Source: a virus
Lineage: Duplodnaviria; Caudoviricetes
IMG/VR virus record: IMGVR_UViG_3300043781_000042
Span: 1-31,877 of that record
Reading direction: 5' to 3' (one strand)
DNA length: 31,877 nucleotides
The notes under the pieces were generated by a model. The model searched no databases. It was not told the origin of the DNA and was given only the letters and a program-made list of their open reading frames with translations. The position numbers and the translations under genes are program-made. Position 1 is the stretch's first letter. Every line of letters begins with the position of its first letter. Below, one piece after another: positions 8,158-16,998 of the stretch.

Positions 8158-8562
8158 ATGAACGAAGTAAAAAAATTGCTGAAACAATTTGGCATTAAAT
8201 TAGTACTTCTTGATTTAAAGGATGCCGGCTACTATCTCCCTAAGTCTAAAACAATGTTTGTTGCCGAACGGCTAAGTGAATTAGATCAGATAAAAGTGAT
8301 CCTTCACGAAGCGGGACATGGGATTCTCCATGACGATCTCCAAAGCTTATATTTGCTTGAAGGATTTCATATAAAAATGGAACATCAGGCTGAACGCTTT
8401 ATGCTTTCAGAGCTGTTAAAAATCTATGTATCAATGACAAACATGGATATTCAAGACTTCGACTTTATGAAATTTATCGAACAGAATGACTTGGATCCTA
8501 ATTATCAAGACATCATCAAAGAATTGGCTCAACAGTATACCATCGTAAGGAAACCCTCATAG
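8158..8562 (+). CDS. ImmA/IrrE-family metallopeptidase (anti-repressor)
   Basis: VILHEAGH (HExxH) and MEHQAERF. Directly follows the repressor. Confidence 0.9.
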   Translation: MNEVKKLLKQFGIKLVLLDLKDAGYYLPKSKTMFVAERLSELDQIKVILHEAGHGILHDDLQSLYLLEGFHIKMEHQAERFMLSELLKIYVSMTNMDIQDFDFMKFIEQNDLDPNYQDIIKELAQQYTIVRKPS

Positions 8563-8663
8563 AAATTTCTATTTATAACATTCTTTCATTCTCTTGGTGC
8601 TAACAATCTACAACAATAAAACTGGGTGGCTTTTTGTTGCTGACCCGAGAAATGAGGATAATC

Positions 8664-10199
8664 ATGGGATTCTTTTCTAAGCTAAAGGAGTTATCAAATT
8701 TACGCGGTACTATTGAATCGCTTGAAAAAGAAGAAAAGGAAATCAATGAAAAATTGTTAATTTTGAGCGAACAGCTTGATAACAAGGAAAAAACAATGTC
8801 TGAGATTCGTTCATCTCTTGAAGCTGAAAACAAAGTCAAACAAAAAGCTATACTCGAGGCCGCTGAAAAAGATGCTGATAAAATAAAGTATGACGCTAAT
8901 TTGGAGCTCTCTTCTCTTCTATCTTCAATTACTACCTTCAAATCTGAAAATGCAGACTTAGAAAAAGAGAATACTTCTTTACATCGCGAAGTGAATCGCT
9001 ACACAAATCAAGCCAGAAAATTCAAAGCAGAGATTGTAGGCATAAAGAATTTTTTCAAAGATTATCGATTTATATTGGGGAAATCATTTGACATTGATGA
9101 TGCTCAACAAATCGATGAAGCACTAGCTAAAATAGAACAATATACTTCTGATGATTCAATTATCAATACAATTATTCAGTTGCCATTGCACTCCGATAAT
9201 TCAAGAGAATTGCGTAAATATGCAACTGCTACAAATAAAGAAATCAAAACACTGCTGGAATCTTACCAAGAACGCTATACATCAAAGACAAATAAAACTA
9301 TTTATCAGCTGATGATTATTGGACTTCAAGCAGAAATGCAACTTCTGTTAGCTAAACTCACGTATCAGAATCTAAATGAGACCAAAAAAAATGTAAAAGA
9401 AATCTTGGCGAAATATATCACAATTGCCTCTGAAGGAAATCAATCTATCAAGCCTACTCTTCTGCGATTTGTTAGCGATATTGAGCCACTATACATGGAG
9501 CTAGTTGATACGGAATATCGTTATTATGTGAAACGTCAGCAAGAAAAAGAAGAGCAGCAAGCTATCAAAGAACAAATGCGCATAGAAGCGGAAGAAAAGA
9601 AAGCCTTGCAAGCCGAGAAAAAGAAATTGGAAAAAGAAGAATCAAAATATCTTACTGAAATGGATAGAAACAAAGAATTACTGAAATCAGAAACAGATTC
9701 TGACAAGATCGCTCAATTAGAAGCAAACCTGAAAAAATTGCAAGAACAATTAGAGAATGTTGCCGAGAAAAAAGAGGAGATTATCACACTTTCTACTGGC
9801 AAAGCTGGATACGTTTATGTCATCTCTAACCTGGGTTCATTCGGTGAAAATGTTTTTAAAATAGGTATGACTCGCCGTTTAGAACCGCAGCAGCGAGTAG
9901 ATGAACTAGGCAGTGCATCTGTCCCATTTAAATTTGATGTACATGCAATGATTTTTAGTGATGATGCAGTCAGTTTAGAAAACGATTTACACAAGCAATT
10001 AGCAAAATCTCGTATTAATAAAGTGAATCCGCGAAAAGAATTTTTCAAATCTGATGTTAATTCTTTAGAAAATTTAGTTGAAGAAATTGATCCAACTGCC
10101 GATTTTACAAAAACTATGTATGCTGAAGAGTATCAACAAACGAAAGCAATTGAAGAAAGCTTGGAAGACAGCCTTAAAGTTACCGCAGGGGAATCATAA
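8664..10199 (+). CDS. Coiled-coil protein with DUF4041-like region and C-terminal T5orf172/MUG113 (GIY-YIG-like) domain
   Basis: AGYVYVISNLGSFGENVFKIGMTRRLEPQQRVDELGSASVPFKFDVH..RINKVNPRKEFF. Confidence 0.85.
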   Translation: MGFFSKLKELSNLRGTIESLEKEEKEINEKLLILSEQLDNKEKTMSEIRSSLEAENKVKQKAILEAAEKDADKIKYDANLELSSLLSSITTFKSENADLEKENTSLHREVNRYTNQARKFKAEIVGIKNFFKDYRFILGKSFDIDDAQQIDEALAKIEQYTSDDSIINTIIQLPLHSDNSRELRKYATATNKEIKTLLESYQERYTSKTNKTIYQLMIIGLQAEMQLLLAKLTYQNLNETKKNVKEILAKYITIASEGNQSIKPTLLRFVSDIEPLYMELVDTEYRYYVKRQQEKEEQQAIKEQMRIEAEEKKALQAEKKKLEKEESKYLTEMDRNKELLKSETDSDKIAQLEANLKKLQEQLENVAEKKEEIITLSTGKAGYVYVISNLGSFGENVFKIGMTRRLEPQQRVDELGSASVPFKFDVHAMIFSDDAVSLENDLHKQLAKSRINKVNPRKEFFKSDVNSLENLVEEIDPTADFTKTMYAEEYQQTKAIEESLEDSLKVTAGES

Positions 10200-10286
10200 T
10201 TGATCATTCCAATTGGGTGGTACCAGGTGATTATCGCTTCCTACCATAAAATGAAAGCGAATTAAAACTATTTAGGGGGAAATGAA

Positions 10287-10937
10287 ATGGCTAAGAAAAA
10301 TGTTACGGGCGAGGATGGCAAGCAATATGTAATGAAGGAGAAAAAACCAATCTATAAAAAATGGTGGTTCTGGCTAATTGTGGTTATTGTCATCGGCGGA
10401 ATCGGTTCTCAACTGGGTGGAAGTGACGACAAAAAAGCGGCTGGTTCCGATTCAAAAGTCGAAAAACAGTCAGCCACTAAAACAAAATCAACAATCAGCA
10501 AAAAAGAGACTAGCAAAACGAAAACAGGATCAAAAGCTACTTACAGTGATCGTACGCTTACGGCTCCGGATGGAGTACTAAAAATCACAAGTATCGAATC
10601 AGGAACTGATTATGATGGAAAGCCTATGTTTTATGTATTATTTGATTTGACAAACAATACTGACGAAGCTAAAAATATTCAAACTTTGTATATGAACTTT
10701 GCTGACGCGTCACAAAATAATGGTACAACTACTGAAAAACTTGATTTCGCAATAACGACAGAAAGTCCTTACCAAGAGCAGCTTGGCATGTTAAGCAAAG
10801 ACTTGAACCCTGGCCAAACCGCTTCTGCAGCATATGCATATGAAGTTCCAGATGAATCAAAACCTGTCACTTTAGAATTTAAAGACAGCATGTTCAGCTC
10901 TAAACCAATCGCTACAGAAGATATCACTATTAAATAA
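10287..10937 (+). CDS. Membrane-anchored extracellular protein (DUF5067/DUF4352-like), candidate superinfection exclusion
   Basis: KKPIYKKWWFW, then a TM helix, Lys/Ser/Thr linker and beta-sandwich (FDLTNN..DLNPGQT..PVTLEF). Confidence 0.75.
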   Translation: MAKKNVTGEDGKQYVMKEKKPIYKKWWFWLIVVIVIGGIGSQLGGSDDKKAAGSDSKVEKQSATKTKSTISKKETSKTKTGSKATYSDRTLTAPDGVLKITSIESGTDYDGKPMFYVLFDLTNNTDEAKNIQTLYMNFADASQNNGTTTEKLDFAITTESPYQEQLGMLSKDLNPGQTASAAYAYEVPDESKPVTLEFKDSMFSSKPIATEDITIK

Positions 10938-10972
10938 TTCTAAATCTGTCGAATTCGACAGATTTAAAGATT

Positions 10973-10993
10973 AGCCTTCGGGCTTTTCTTTTT
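10973..10993 (+). terminator. Intrinsic terminator (AGCC-TTCG-GGCT followed by T-tract)
   Basis: C-UUCG-G tetraloop hairpin after the lysogeny genes. Confidence 0.65.
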
Positions 10994-11002
10994 CATATAA
11001 AA

Positions 11003-11016
11003 AGAACATACGTTCG
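11003..11016. promoter_or_regulatory. LexA (Cheo/SOS) box AGAACATACGTTCG upstream of integrase
   Basis: Matches the Firmicutes consensus GAAC-N4-GTTC. Confidence 0.7.
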
Positions 11017-11122
11017 TATAAAAGATAGAAAAATTCGATATTTGATCCATATCCCCTGTTTTTCTCGATATATTTACTAGTCTTTCGGAGTTGATATAAA
11101 AAAATACGAAAAGGGAGCGATT

Positions 11123-12271
11123 GTGATGGATGGGACCGTTCGAAAAAAAGGCAATAGTTGGTATTATCGCATTGATCTTGCTTATATAAACGGAGAAAGA
11201 AACCGAATCGAGCGCTATGGCGGGAAAACAAAACCCGAGGCACAAGAAGCTTTGCGAAAAGCAATTTATGAGTATGAAACAACTGGAGAAATTTTGGAAC
11301 AATCAGATATATCTGTTCATGATTATTTTGAATATTGGTTTAAAAACTATGTATTGGTTAATCTCAAAATGAATACACAAAAAAATTATCGAATGATGCT
11401 AGATAAGCATATTTATCCATACATCGGTGACTATAAACTGAAAAATATTCGCCCAGGGACGATTCAAAAACTGCTTAATGATGAATTTGATAAGGGGTTC
11501 GCTAAACAAACACTTGGAATCCTCAAAGGAATTCTGAACAAAGCATTTTCGATGGCTGTTTTTCCCTATCAATACCTGAAAATGGATCCAACGCCATTTG
11601 CTAAAATTCCCAAATTTGATGAAAAAGAATGGCGTGATCGTAATGACTTGAAAATTATTAGTGTTGAGGACTTTAAAAAATTGATGGATGTTGTTGATCA
11701 GAGCAGCCCCTACTACTTGCCGATGATGATCAGTTTTCAAACAGGTCTTCGCCGCTCAGAAGTTTGCGGTCTTCGATGGGAAGATATCAATTTTGATACA
11801 AAAACACTTCGTGTCGAGCAGATTATGGTTATGGATGGCAATAAATATGTAATTGGCACCCCAAAAACAAAGTCGTCCTATCGAACAATTTTGATTGGTG
11901 ACACCCTTGTTACGCTTCTGAAACGCAGCAAACTCCGACAAAAGGAAAATAAACTTTTTTATGGTTCTCACTATACGGATACAAATTTTGTTTGTGTAAA
12001 AGAAAATGGTCACCCTGTCACTCCCAATTCAATTAAATGGTACTCGCGAAAATATCATAAATTGACTGGCATTGATTTCACTTTTCATTCTTTTCGCCAT
12101 ACTTATGCAACCATGTTGCTGGAAAATGGCGCAAAGCCAAAAGAGATCCAAACTAGACTCGGTCATTCTCGATTATCTACAACCATGGATACCTATGCGC
12201 ATGTTACTAAAAAGATGAGAGAAGAGTCTGTCGAGATCTTTGAACGCATGTTAAAAAACAATCAAATATAG
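11123..12271 (+). CDS. int: Tyrosine recombinase / integrase
   Basis: Arm-binding N-terminus, TGLRRSEV (R), FHSFRHTYA (HxxR) and RLGHS..TTMDTYAH (H, Y). Confidence 0.96.
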   Translation: MMDGTVRKKGNSWYYRIDLAYINGERNRIERYGGKTKPEAQEALRKAIYEYETTGEILEQSDISVHDYFEYWFKNYVLVNLKMNTQKNYRMMLDKHIYPYIGDYKLKNIRPGTIQKLLNDEFDKGFAKQTLGILKGILNKAFSMAVFPYQYLKMDPTPFAKIPKFDEKEWRDRNDLKIISVEDFKKLMDVVDQSSPYYLPMMISFQTGLRRSEVCGLRWEDINFDTKTLRVEQIMVMDGNKYVIGTPKTKSSYRTILIGDTLVTLLKRSKLRQKENKLFYGSHYTDTNFVCVKENGHPVTPNSIKWYSRKYHKLTGIDFTFHSFRHTYATMLLENGAKPKEIQTRLGHSRLSTTMDTYAHVTKKMREESVEIFERMLKNNQI

Positions 12272-12321
12272 TATTTTCTTCCCCCATTCAAAAAAATGGG
12301 GGAAGAATGGGGGAAAAACGG

Positions 12322-12350
12322 AAAAAAGAAGCCTGGCTCGAAAGCCAGAC
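12322..12350 (-). terminator. Intrinsic terminator downstream of the lepA replacement fragment
   Basis: Minus strand CTGGCT-TTCG-AGCCAG followed by GCTTCTTTTTT. Confidence 0.65.
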
Positions 12351-12362
12351 CCCTTGATACTA

Positions 12363-12410
12363 CTACTTTTCATCCTCGTCCATCTTCAAAACGGCCATGA
12401 AGGCTTCTTG
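12363..12410 (-). other. lepA: attP core homology: 3' end of host lepA (QEAFMAVLKMDEDEK*)
   Basis: The 48 nt translate to the conserved Firmicutes LepA/EF4 C-terminus (..VPQEAFMAVLKMD..) plus stop. Confidence 0.88.
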
Positions 12411-12846
12411 AGTTATAGCAAATTCAAAGACTTTCTTCTACCTTCATATTGAGGTATTTGGCTTCATTTCATCCTATGGTATTGTAGCATTTATGCAGAC
12501 GTCTAGTTTCATTCTTTTTCATTTGGAATTTCCTAGTTTCATATCGTTTTCCCTTGTAAAGGGGGAAGAATGGGGGAAGATATCCATAATCCTAGACCAC
12601 TTCTTTTGCGCCCATTTGGTATCACTTTTCAGTTTCTGATATCCTGTTAAAAAGGGCTAGGAAATAGAAAATCGTCACTATCATTTTAGGAATTCTTATG
12701 TCCGCAAAAACGTAAAAACATTGAAAGAATTACTAAAAGATAGAGACGACGACTAGAACGAAGGAGAGAGAAATCTCCGCCTCCATCTATTTCTATTTTC
12801 ACGATTTTTATGATTTGTATTTGATTGATCCAAATCTCTTCAAAAT

Positions 12847-12884
12847 AAAAAAATCCCCCGCTCAACTAAGAGCGAGGGTTATTT
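12847..12884 (-). terminator. Late operon terminator after the lysin
   Basis: CCCCCGCTC / GAGCGAGGG stem flanked by A/T tracts. Confidence 0.75.
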
Positions 12885-13772
12885 TTATGGATTCAGGCAT
12901 TTGCCCGACTTGTCAAAATCATATTCTTTTCCGTCGATGCTTTGCCGACCGGTAACCATATAGCCGCCGGGTTGGCTCAAGTAGTACCAAGTGCCGCCTT
13001 TGTCCTTGAACCAGCCTTGGGCCATCGCCCCGTCGGCATTTAGATAATACCAGGTCGAGCCAGACGGTAACCAGCCTTCCACCATTGCGCCGGATCCGTC
13101 CAAGTGATACCAGCGGCCATTGATCAGCTGCCAACCGACTTTCATGTCGCCACTAGAGCTGAGATAATACCATTTATTATCCTTTTTAAGCCAACCTGTG
13201 GACATGTCGCCGACACCGTTAAAGTGATACCACTTTTCGCCGACTTTCTGCCAAGCTTCAATCGTTTTCTTGCCGTCAATGTAGTATTGCCAATGATTGT
13301 TTTCATTTTTCCAGCCTGTAAATTTCTCGCCTTCTGGTGCTGCGCCTTGGTACCGATACACATACCAGCCCATGCTGTAAGGTAACGTATTTTCGTTGTT
13401 CACGGTGACTCCGTCGTTGTCATAATTACAATGAATGACGTTCGTGCCGTCAATCGCCATGACCACATGACCACCCGCGCCCGCACTTTGACCCTTGTAG
13501 CCGAAAATCACAATGTCGCCGCGTTGCATGCTCCACTCTTGATCCGATGCGATCAGCTTGTAGCCATTTTGGATCAGCCACGTGTGCATGGATTCGGTAC
13601 TCACTACATAGCCCGCGTTGCTTGCACCCGCATTGCGGAGTGAAATATAAATCGCGCCGCTGCAATCCGCCGTGCCGTCAGTACCGATTCGGCTGCCGTA
13701 CATGCTGTACGTAACACCAATCGATTTCAGATAATACATATAATCGATTGCTTTTTCTGTGTTGATTGTCAT
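12885..13772 (-). CDS. Endolysin: Amidase_5 (NlpC/P60-like) catalytic domain plus choline-binding-type (CW_binding_1) repeats
   Basis: TYSMYGSR..DCSGA..GAGGH..IHC catalytic motifs and about six GW..WYY..G.M repeats. Confidence 0.92.
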   Translation of the reverse strand: MTINTEKAIDYMYYLKSIGVTYSMYGSRIGTDGTADCSGAIYISLRNAGASNAGYVVSTESMHTWLIQNGYKLIASDQEWSMQRGDIVIFGYKGQSAGAGGHVVMAIDGTNVIHCNYDNDGVTVNNENTLPYSMGWYVYRYQGAAPEGEKFTGWKNENNHWQYYIDGKKTIEAWQKVGEKWYHFNGVGDMSTGWLKKDNKWYYLSSSGDMKVGWQLINGRWYHLDGSGAMVEGWLPSGSTWYYLNADGAMAQGWFKDKGGTWYYLSQPGGYMVTGRQSIDGKEYDFDKSGKCLNP

Positions 13773-13786
13773 TTATTTCTCCTCCT

Positions 13787-14041
13787 TTAAAAATCCTTTA
13801 AAAATCCTTTGCCGAGATCATAAAACCCACCGGCACCAAGTCCTGCAATAGCTCCTCCCCAGGCATAGAGGATAATTTCCATGTTCGCAAAACTTGCAGC
13901 ATAGCCAATCCCAATAATAATTCCAACCACTACATTAATCACAGGAAGCCATTTATTATTTGGAATACTCTCTTTAATCAATTGTGTTACCGCTAAAACG
14001 ATGACTGCAATAACGCTTGTTGCTGTTAAAATGTTATCCAT
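13787..14041 (-). CDS. Holin
   Basis: 84 aa with three hydrophobic segments and AGLGAGGFYD. Directly upstream of the lysin. Confidence 0.85.
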   Translation of the reverse strand: MDNILTATSVIAVIVLAVTQLIKESIPNNKWLPVINVVVGIIIGIGYAASFANMEIILYAWGGAIAGLGAGGFYDLGKGFLKDF

Positions 14042-14045
14042 TTTC

Positions 14046-14285
14046 CTAACCTCCAATAAATTTATTAATGAGATAAACCACTACAGAAACACCAATCCCG
14101 GCAATAGTCCGCCAAGTCCATTTCTGATTTTCCTTAATTTCTGCAATATCTTTTTCGTTGTTTTCTGATTTCGATAAAGCTTGGCTTGCCTTATCAGACA
14201 CTTGTTCAATGCCTTTTGTGTTTTCCTCGATTTTAGTGAGGCGCTGGACAATTTCCATCCAGAGTGAGTTGCCGTTATTTTCCAA
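14046..14285 (-). CDS. XhlA-like holin-associated membrane protein
   Basis: Coiled coil (RLTKIEE..IKENQKWTWR) followed by a C-terminal TM helix. Confidence 0.8.
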   Translation of the reverse strand: MENNGNSLWMEIVQRLTKIEENTKGIEQVSDKASQALSKSENNEKDIAEIKENQKWTWRTIAGIGVSVVVYLINKFIGG

Positions 14286-14351
14286 TGTTCATTCCTTCTT
14301 TTCCGTAAAATAAAAAGAGACTGCAAAAAATAATCTCTTATAAATTCATTT

Positions 14352-15134
14352 TTACAATGGCACATGCCAGGAAAAACTACCACGAAACGAGGTGCCACTC
14401 GTAGCGTTGGAAGGGCGAATTAAACTAATCCCACTATCCAAAAAAGTTAGTTTTCCAAAAGTAGGTGTAGATAAGTCTGTCTTATTAAAATCTTCGATTG
14501 TTGCGTTAAAATTTATTGATGGTTTTAAATACTTCTTACTATCTGCAGAAAAAGGATAAATTAAAACGGCGTTATTTGGATTTATCGCTACAACATTATC
14601 CAACCTCATAGTTAAAAAAACGTCATAGCCGTCAATGCCTCTAGAAATTGACCATAAACGAACGGTTCCCCTCACACCTGTGTTGTTAAAATCGCTTACG
14701 TCTTTAAGGTCTTGGAACGCAAGACCTGCAGTTTGCACCCACCCAGTTCCTCCTTGAGCTTCTGAATGTATAGTTCTAAACCACGAACGACCGTCTGCTG
14801 ATATTTTGAAACTCATATCTCGACGTCCCCCGATTGATGTTAAGATATCGACTATATAAAATCCTTTTGTAGCGTCGTCAAGCGGACCGTTTACACACTC
14901 AAAGCAAAACCAGTGGCCATCCGGTGCAGTTTCTAAATCGACTGCCGTTCCGTCGGCGTTGGTAAGCTCTGCTCGTGTCACGTTTTGAGGCTGAGCAAAT
15001 CCTGTTGCCCACCTAGAAGCAGTCTCGTGGATGTCAGGCCCACTGGATCCTATATGATCAATGAATAACGTTTCTAAACGAGCTAATCTATCTTTTACGT
15101 TAGTAGGTAAATTCTCGGTCATTTCCTGCACCAA
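14352..15134 (-). CDS. Putative tail fibre / receptor-binding protein (start uncertain)
   Basis: Last structural gene. Contains a beta-rich fibre-knob-like segment (WFRTIH..GTGWVQ) and a beta-rich head. Confidence 0.6.
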   Translation of the reverse strand: MVQEMTENLPTNVKDRLARLETLFIDHIGSSGPDIHETASRWATGFAQPQNVTRAELTNADGTAVDLETAPDGHWFCFECVNGPLDDATKGFYIVDILTSIGGRRDMSFKISADGRSWFRTIHSEAQGGTGWVQTAGLAFQDLKDVSDFNNTGVRGTVRLWSISRGIDGYDVFLTMRLDNVVAINPNNAVLIYPFSADSKKYLKPSINFNATIEDFNKTDLSTPTFGKLTFLDSGISLIRPSNATSGTSFRGSFSWHVPL

Positions 15135-16554
15135 TCCTTCTCATTGTTATTTTTTTAGAGGCAGTATCTAACTCAATTACATCAAAACATTCTTCTTTAA
15201 GCGTGTTAAAAGTTGAGATACTTCTGTTGTATTGCACACTCTCATTTTGGGAGCAGCATGATTTAATATGCAAAATGCCATCTTTTACCACATCTCCGTC
15301 ATTGTGGATGTGGCCATAAATACAAAAAGCAATTTCCGCATTAGCTGTAGAAAAATCGTAATCAACCGAAACCGGCATTCTTGTATCACCAATGCTATTT
15401 TGCACGTTTCCTCGTCCCTTAATTTTAAAAGCATTTAACAACTGTAAAATTATGTCGTGATTAATTGCGGAAGATTTTTCTGTGTCATAATCATTTCCAG
15501 GATAAATCTCAAAAACAGATTCTAGTGGGTGGTGTATACCGATTACGATTGTATAATTTTCCGGTGCTATTAAAGCTTCATTTGCCAACCAATCGATCTG
15601 GCTTTGTTGGAAACCGCTAAAATGTTGGCGAGGATATTTTACATAACCATTTTCATCTAATTCTTGAGAAACATCCGCACTGTCTAAACCGATAAAGCGC
15701 ACCTTTTTTTCCAAATTATCATGGTAAAAGTAATTAGATCCATTATTTCTGATTTCTCCGGAAAGGAGTTCATTCTGCCGATAAACTTCCGCGAAATCAG
15801 AATCACTCATAAAATATTCTGGTTTTAAAAACTTGTTGCGAATATTCTTTTCCATAAAATAAGATTTTCTTAAAGCGGCTTGGCTTGAACCGTCGTCATG
15901 ATTTCCTTTCAACAAGGCGTTCAAAGGAGCTTTTGAGTATGCAAATAGCTTTGTTGCAAGTTGTCTATGCTGATTTTTAACGTGATTTTTTGGGCTATCA
16001 TAAATTCCGGAACAATCAGAATTATCACCGCCTAAAACAATTCCGTCTAATTTATTTGACAAAGATAATGCGTTATATAAATGTGTAATACCATAGCGCA
16101 AAGATATTTCATTATATAAAGCGCCACGATCATAATGTAAATCTGTTAACCAAATGAAGTTATACTTTGAGATATCAATACCAGAAGATACAGAATTTAA
16201 AATATCTCTAAAAATATTTCGCACACCTCCTAGGGTTTCGAACTCAAAATTTGGTATCAATACTAATTCTTCTTTAGAAGGCATGTCATTTAAACGATTG
16301 CCCAATAGATCATACTCTCCTCTAGCATCAATAACCTCACCATCTTGCATTTCTCCAGCGATAATATTATCTAAGCGATTATCTGTATTGTTAGCAATAT
16401 CTTTGGATTCGGATGATATTTGGTTTGATTCAATGGCTATATTTTTCGCATCATTGCTATTATTTTCCGCTCTTAAAGCTGGAGCTATAGCAAACTCATT
16501 AATTTTTTCCCGTCCTTGGTTTAAGACGTCTTTCGCCTCAATATATTCAGCCAT
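15100..16554 (-). CDS. Baseplate/tail appendage protein with calcineurin-like metallophosphoesterase domain
   Basis: N-terminal EVIDARG..LGNRL phage-appendage motif and the full DxH / GD / GNHD / HH / GHxH motif set. Confidence 0.85.
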   Translation of the reverse strand: MAEYIEAKDVLNQGREKINEFAIAPALRAENNSNDAKNIAIESNQISSESKDIANNTDNRLDNIIAGEMQDGEVIDARGEYDLLGNRLNDMPSKEELVLIPNFEFETLGGVRNIFRDILNSVSSGIDISKYNFIWLTDLHYDRGALYNEISLRYGITHLYNALSLSNKLDGIVLGGDNSDCSGIYDSPKNHVKNQHRQLATKLFAYSKAPLNALLKGNHDDGSSQAALRKSYFMEKNIRNKFLKPEYFMSDSDFAEVYRQNELLSGEIRNNGSNYFYHDNLEKKVRFIGLDSADVSQELDENGYVKYPRQHFSGFQQSQIDWLANEALIAPENYTIVIGIHHPLESVFEIYPGNDYDTEKSSAINHDIILQLLNAFKIKGRGNVQNSIGDTRMPVSVDYDFSTANAEIAFCIYGHIHNDGDVVKDGILHIKSCCSQNESVQYNRSISTFNTLKEECFDVIELDTASKKITMRRIGAGNDREFTY

Positions 16555-16786
16555 TCACTTCACCTTCTACCACTGGTTCAACATGGATGTCAATTACATC
16601 CACAAACCGACAATAAAAATAAGGCCCAATCATGGCACCTCCGACAGAGTTTCCATGTTCGTCCGTTTTAGTGCCATTCATGTAATCAAAGTAATCTTCC
16701 TTCAAATTAAAAGAACCTGCTTCGACTAAAATTTCTGTCGTTACTGGTTCTCCCATTTTTTGTTGCGTCACACTAATTTTATCCAT
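16547..16786 (-). CDS. Hypothetical protein (79 aa)
   Basis: Coupled ORF in the tail operon with an RBS. Confidence 0.65.
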   Translation of the reverse strand: MDKISVTQQKMGEPVTTEILVEAGSFNLKEDYFDYMNGTKTDEHGNSVGGAMIGPYFYCRFVDVIDIHVEPVVEGEVNG

Positions 16787-16998
16787 TATTTTTCAGTCCC
16801 TTCATAAAACTCCACGCAATCAATGGCACTTTGTCTCAAAGCAATTGTTGGGCCGAAATCAATTAAATCTACAGGTTTTGCTCTTCGAATTTTCTCTTTG
16901 ATTGCCTTGTATTCTTTTATATCTGGCACTTCCCAAGAAATATATTTTCCATTCCGCATTAGGATTTGGCATCCAAAAACTTTTTTCTTTTCTGCCAT
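16786..16998 (-). CDS. Hypothetical protein (70 aa)
   Basis: TAATG coupling and GGAGG RBS. Confidence 0.7.
   Translation of the reverse strand: MAEKKKVFGCQILMRNGKYISWEVPDIKEYKAIKEKIRRAKPVDLIDFGPTIALRQSAIDCVEFYEGTEK

Larger units (their letters stand above)
12276..12580. other. attP region with arm-type repeats (GGGGGAAGAA/A): inverted copy 12276-12288, tandem pairs about 12296-12317 and 12561-12580
   Basis: The repeats flank the lepA-homologous core directly downstream of integrase. Confidence 0.85.

Noticed and set aside
12276-12580. GGGGGAAGAA repeats as a mini-CRISPR
   Set aside because: The repeats are 10-11 bp with no regular spacers, and fit integrase arm sites.
12670-12755. Possible remnant of a small membrane protein gene (IVTIILGILM.. 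/ RKNVKTLKELLKDRDDD)
   Set aside because: Split across frames with no start or RBS. Too weak to call.
14352-15134. Diversity-generating retroelement targeting the tail fibre
   Set aside because: No reverse transcriptase gene, and no template/variable repeat pair was seen.
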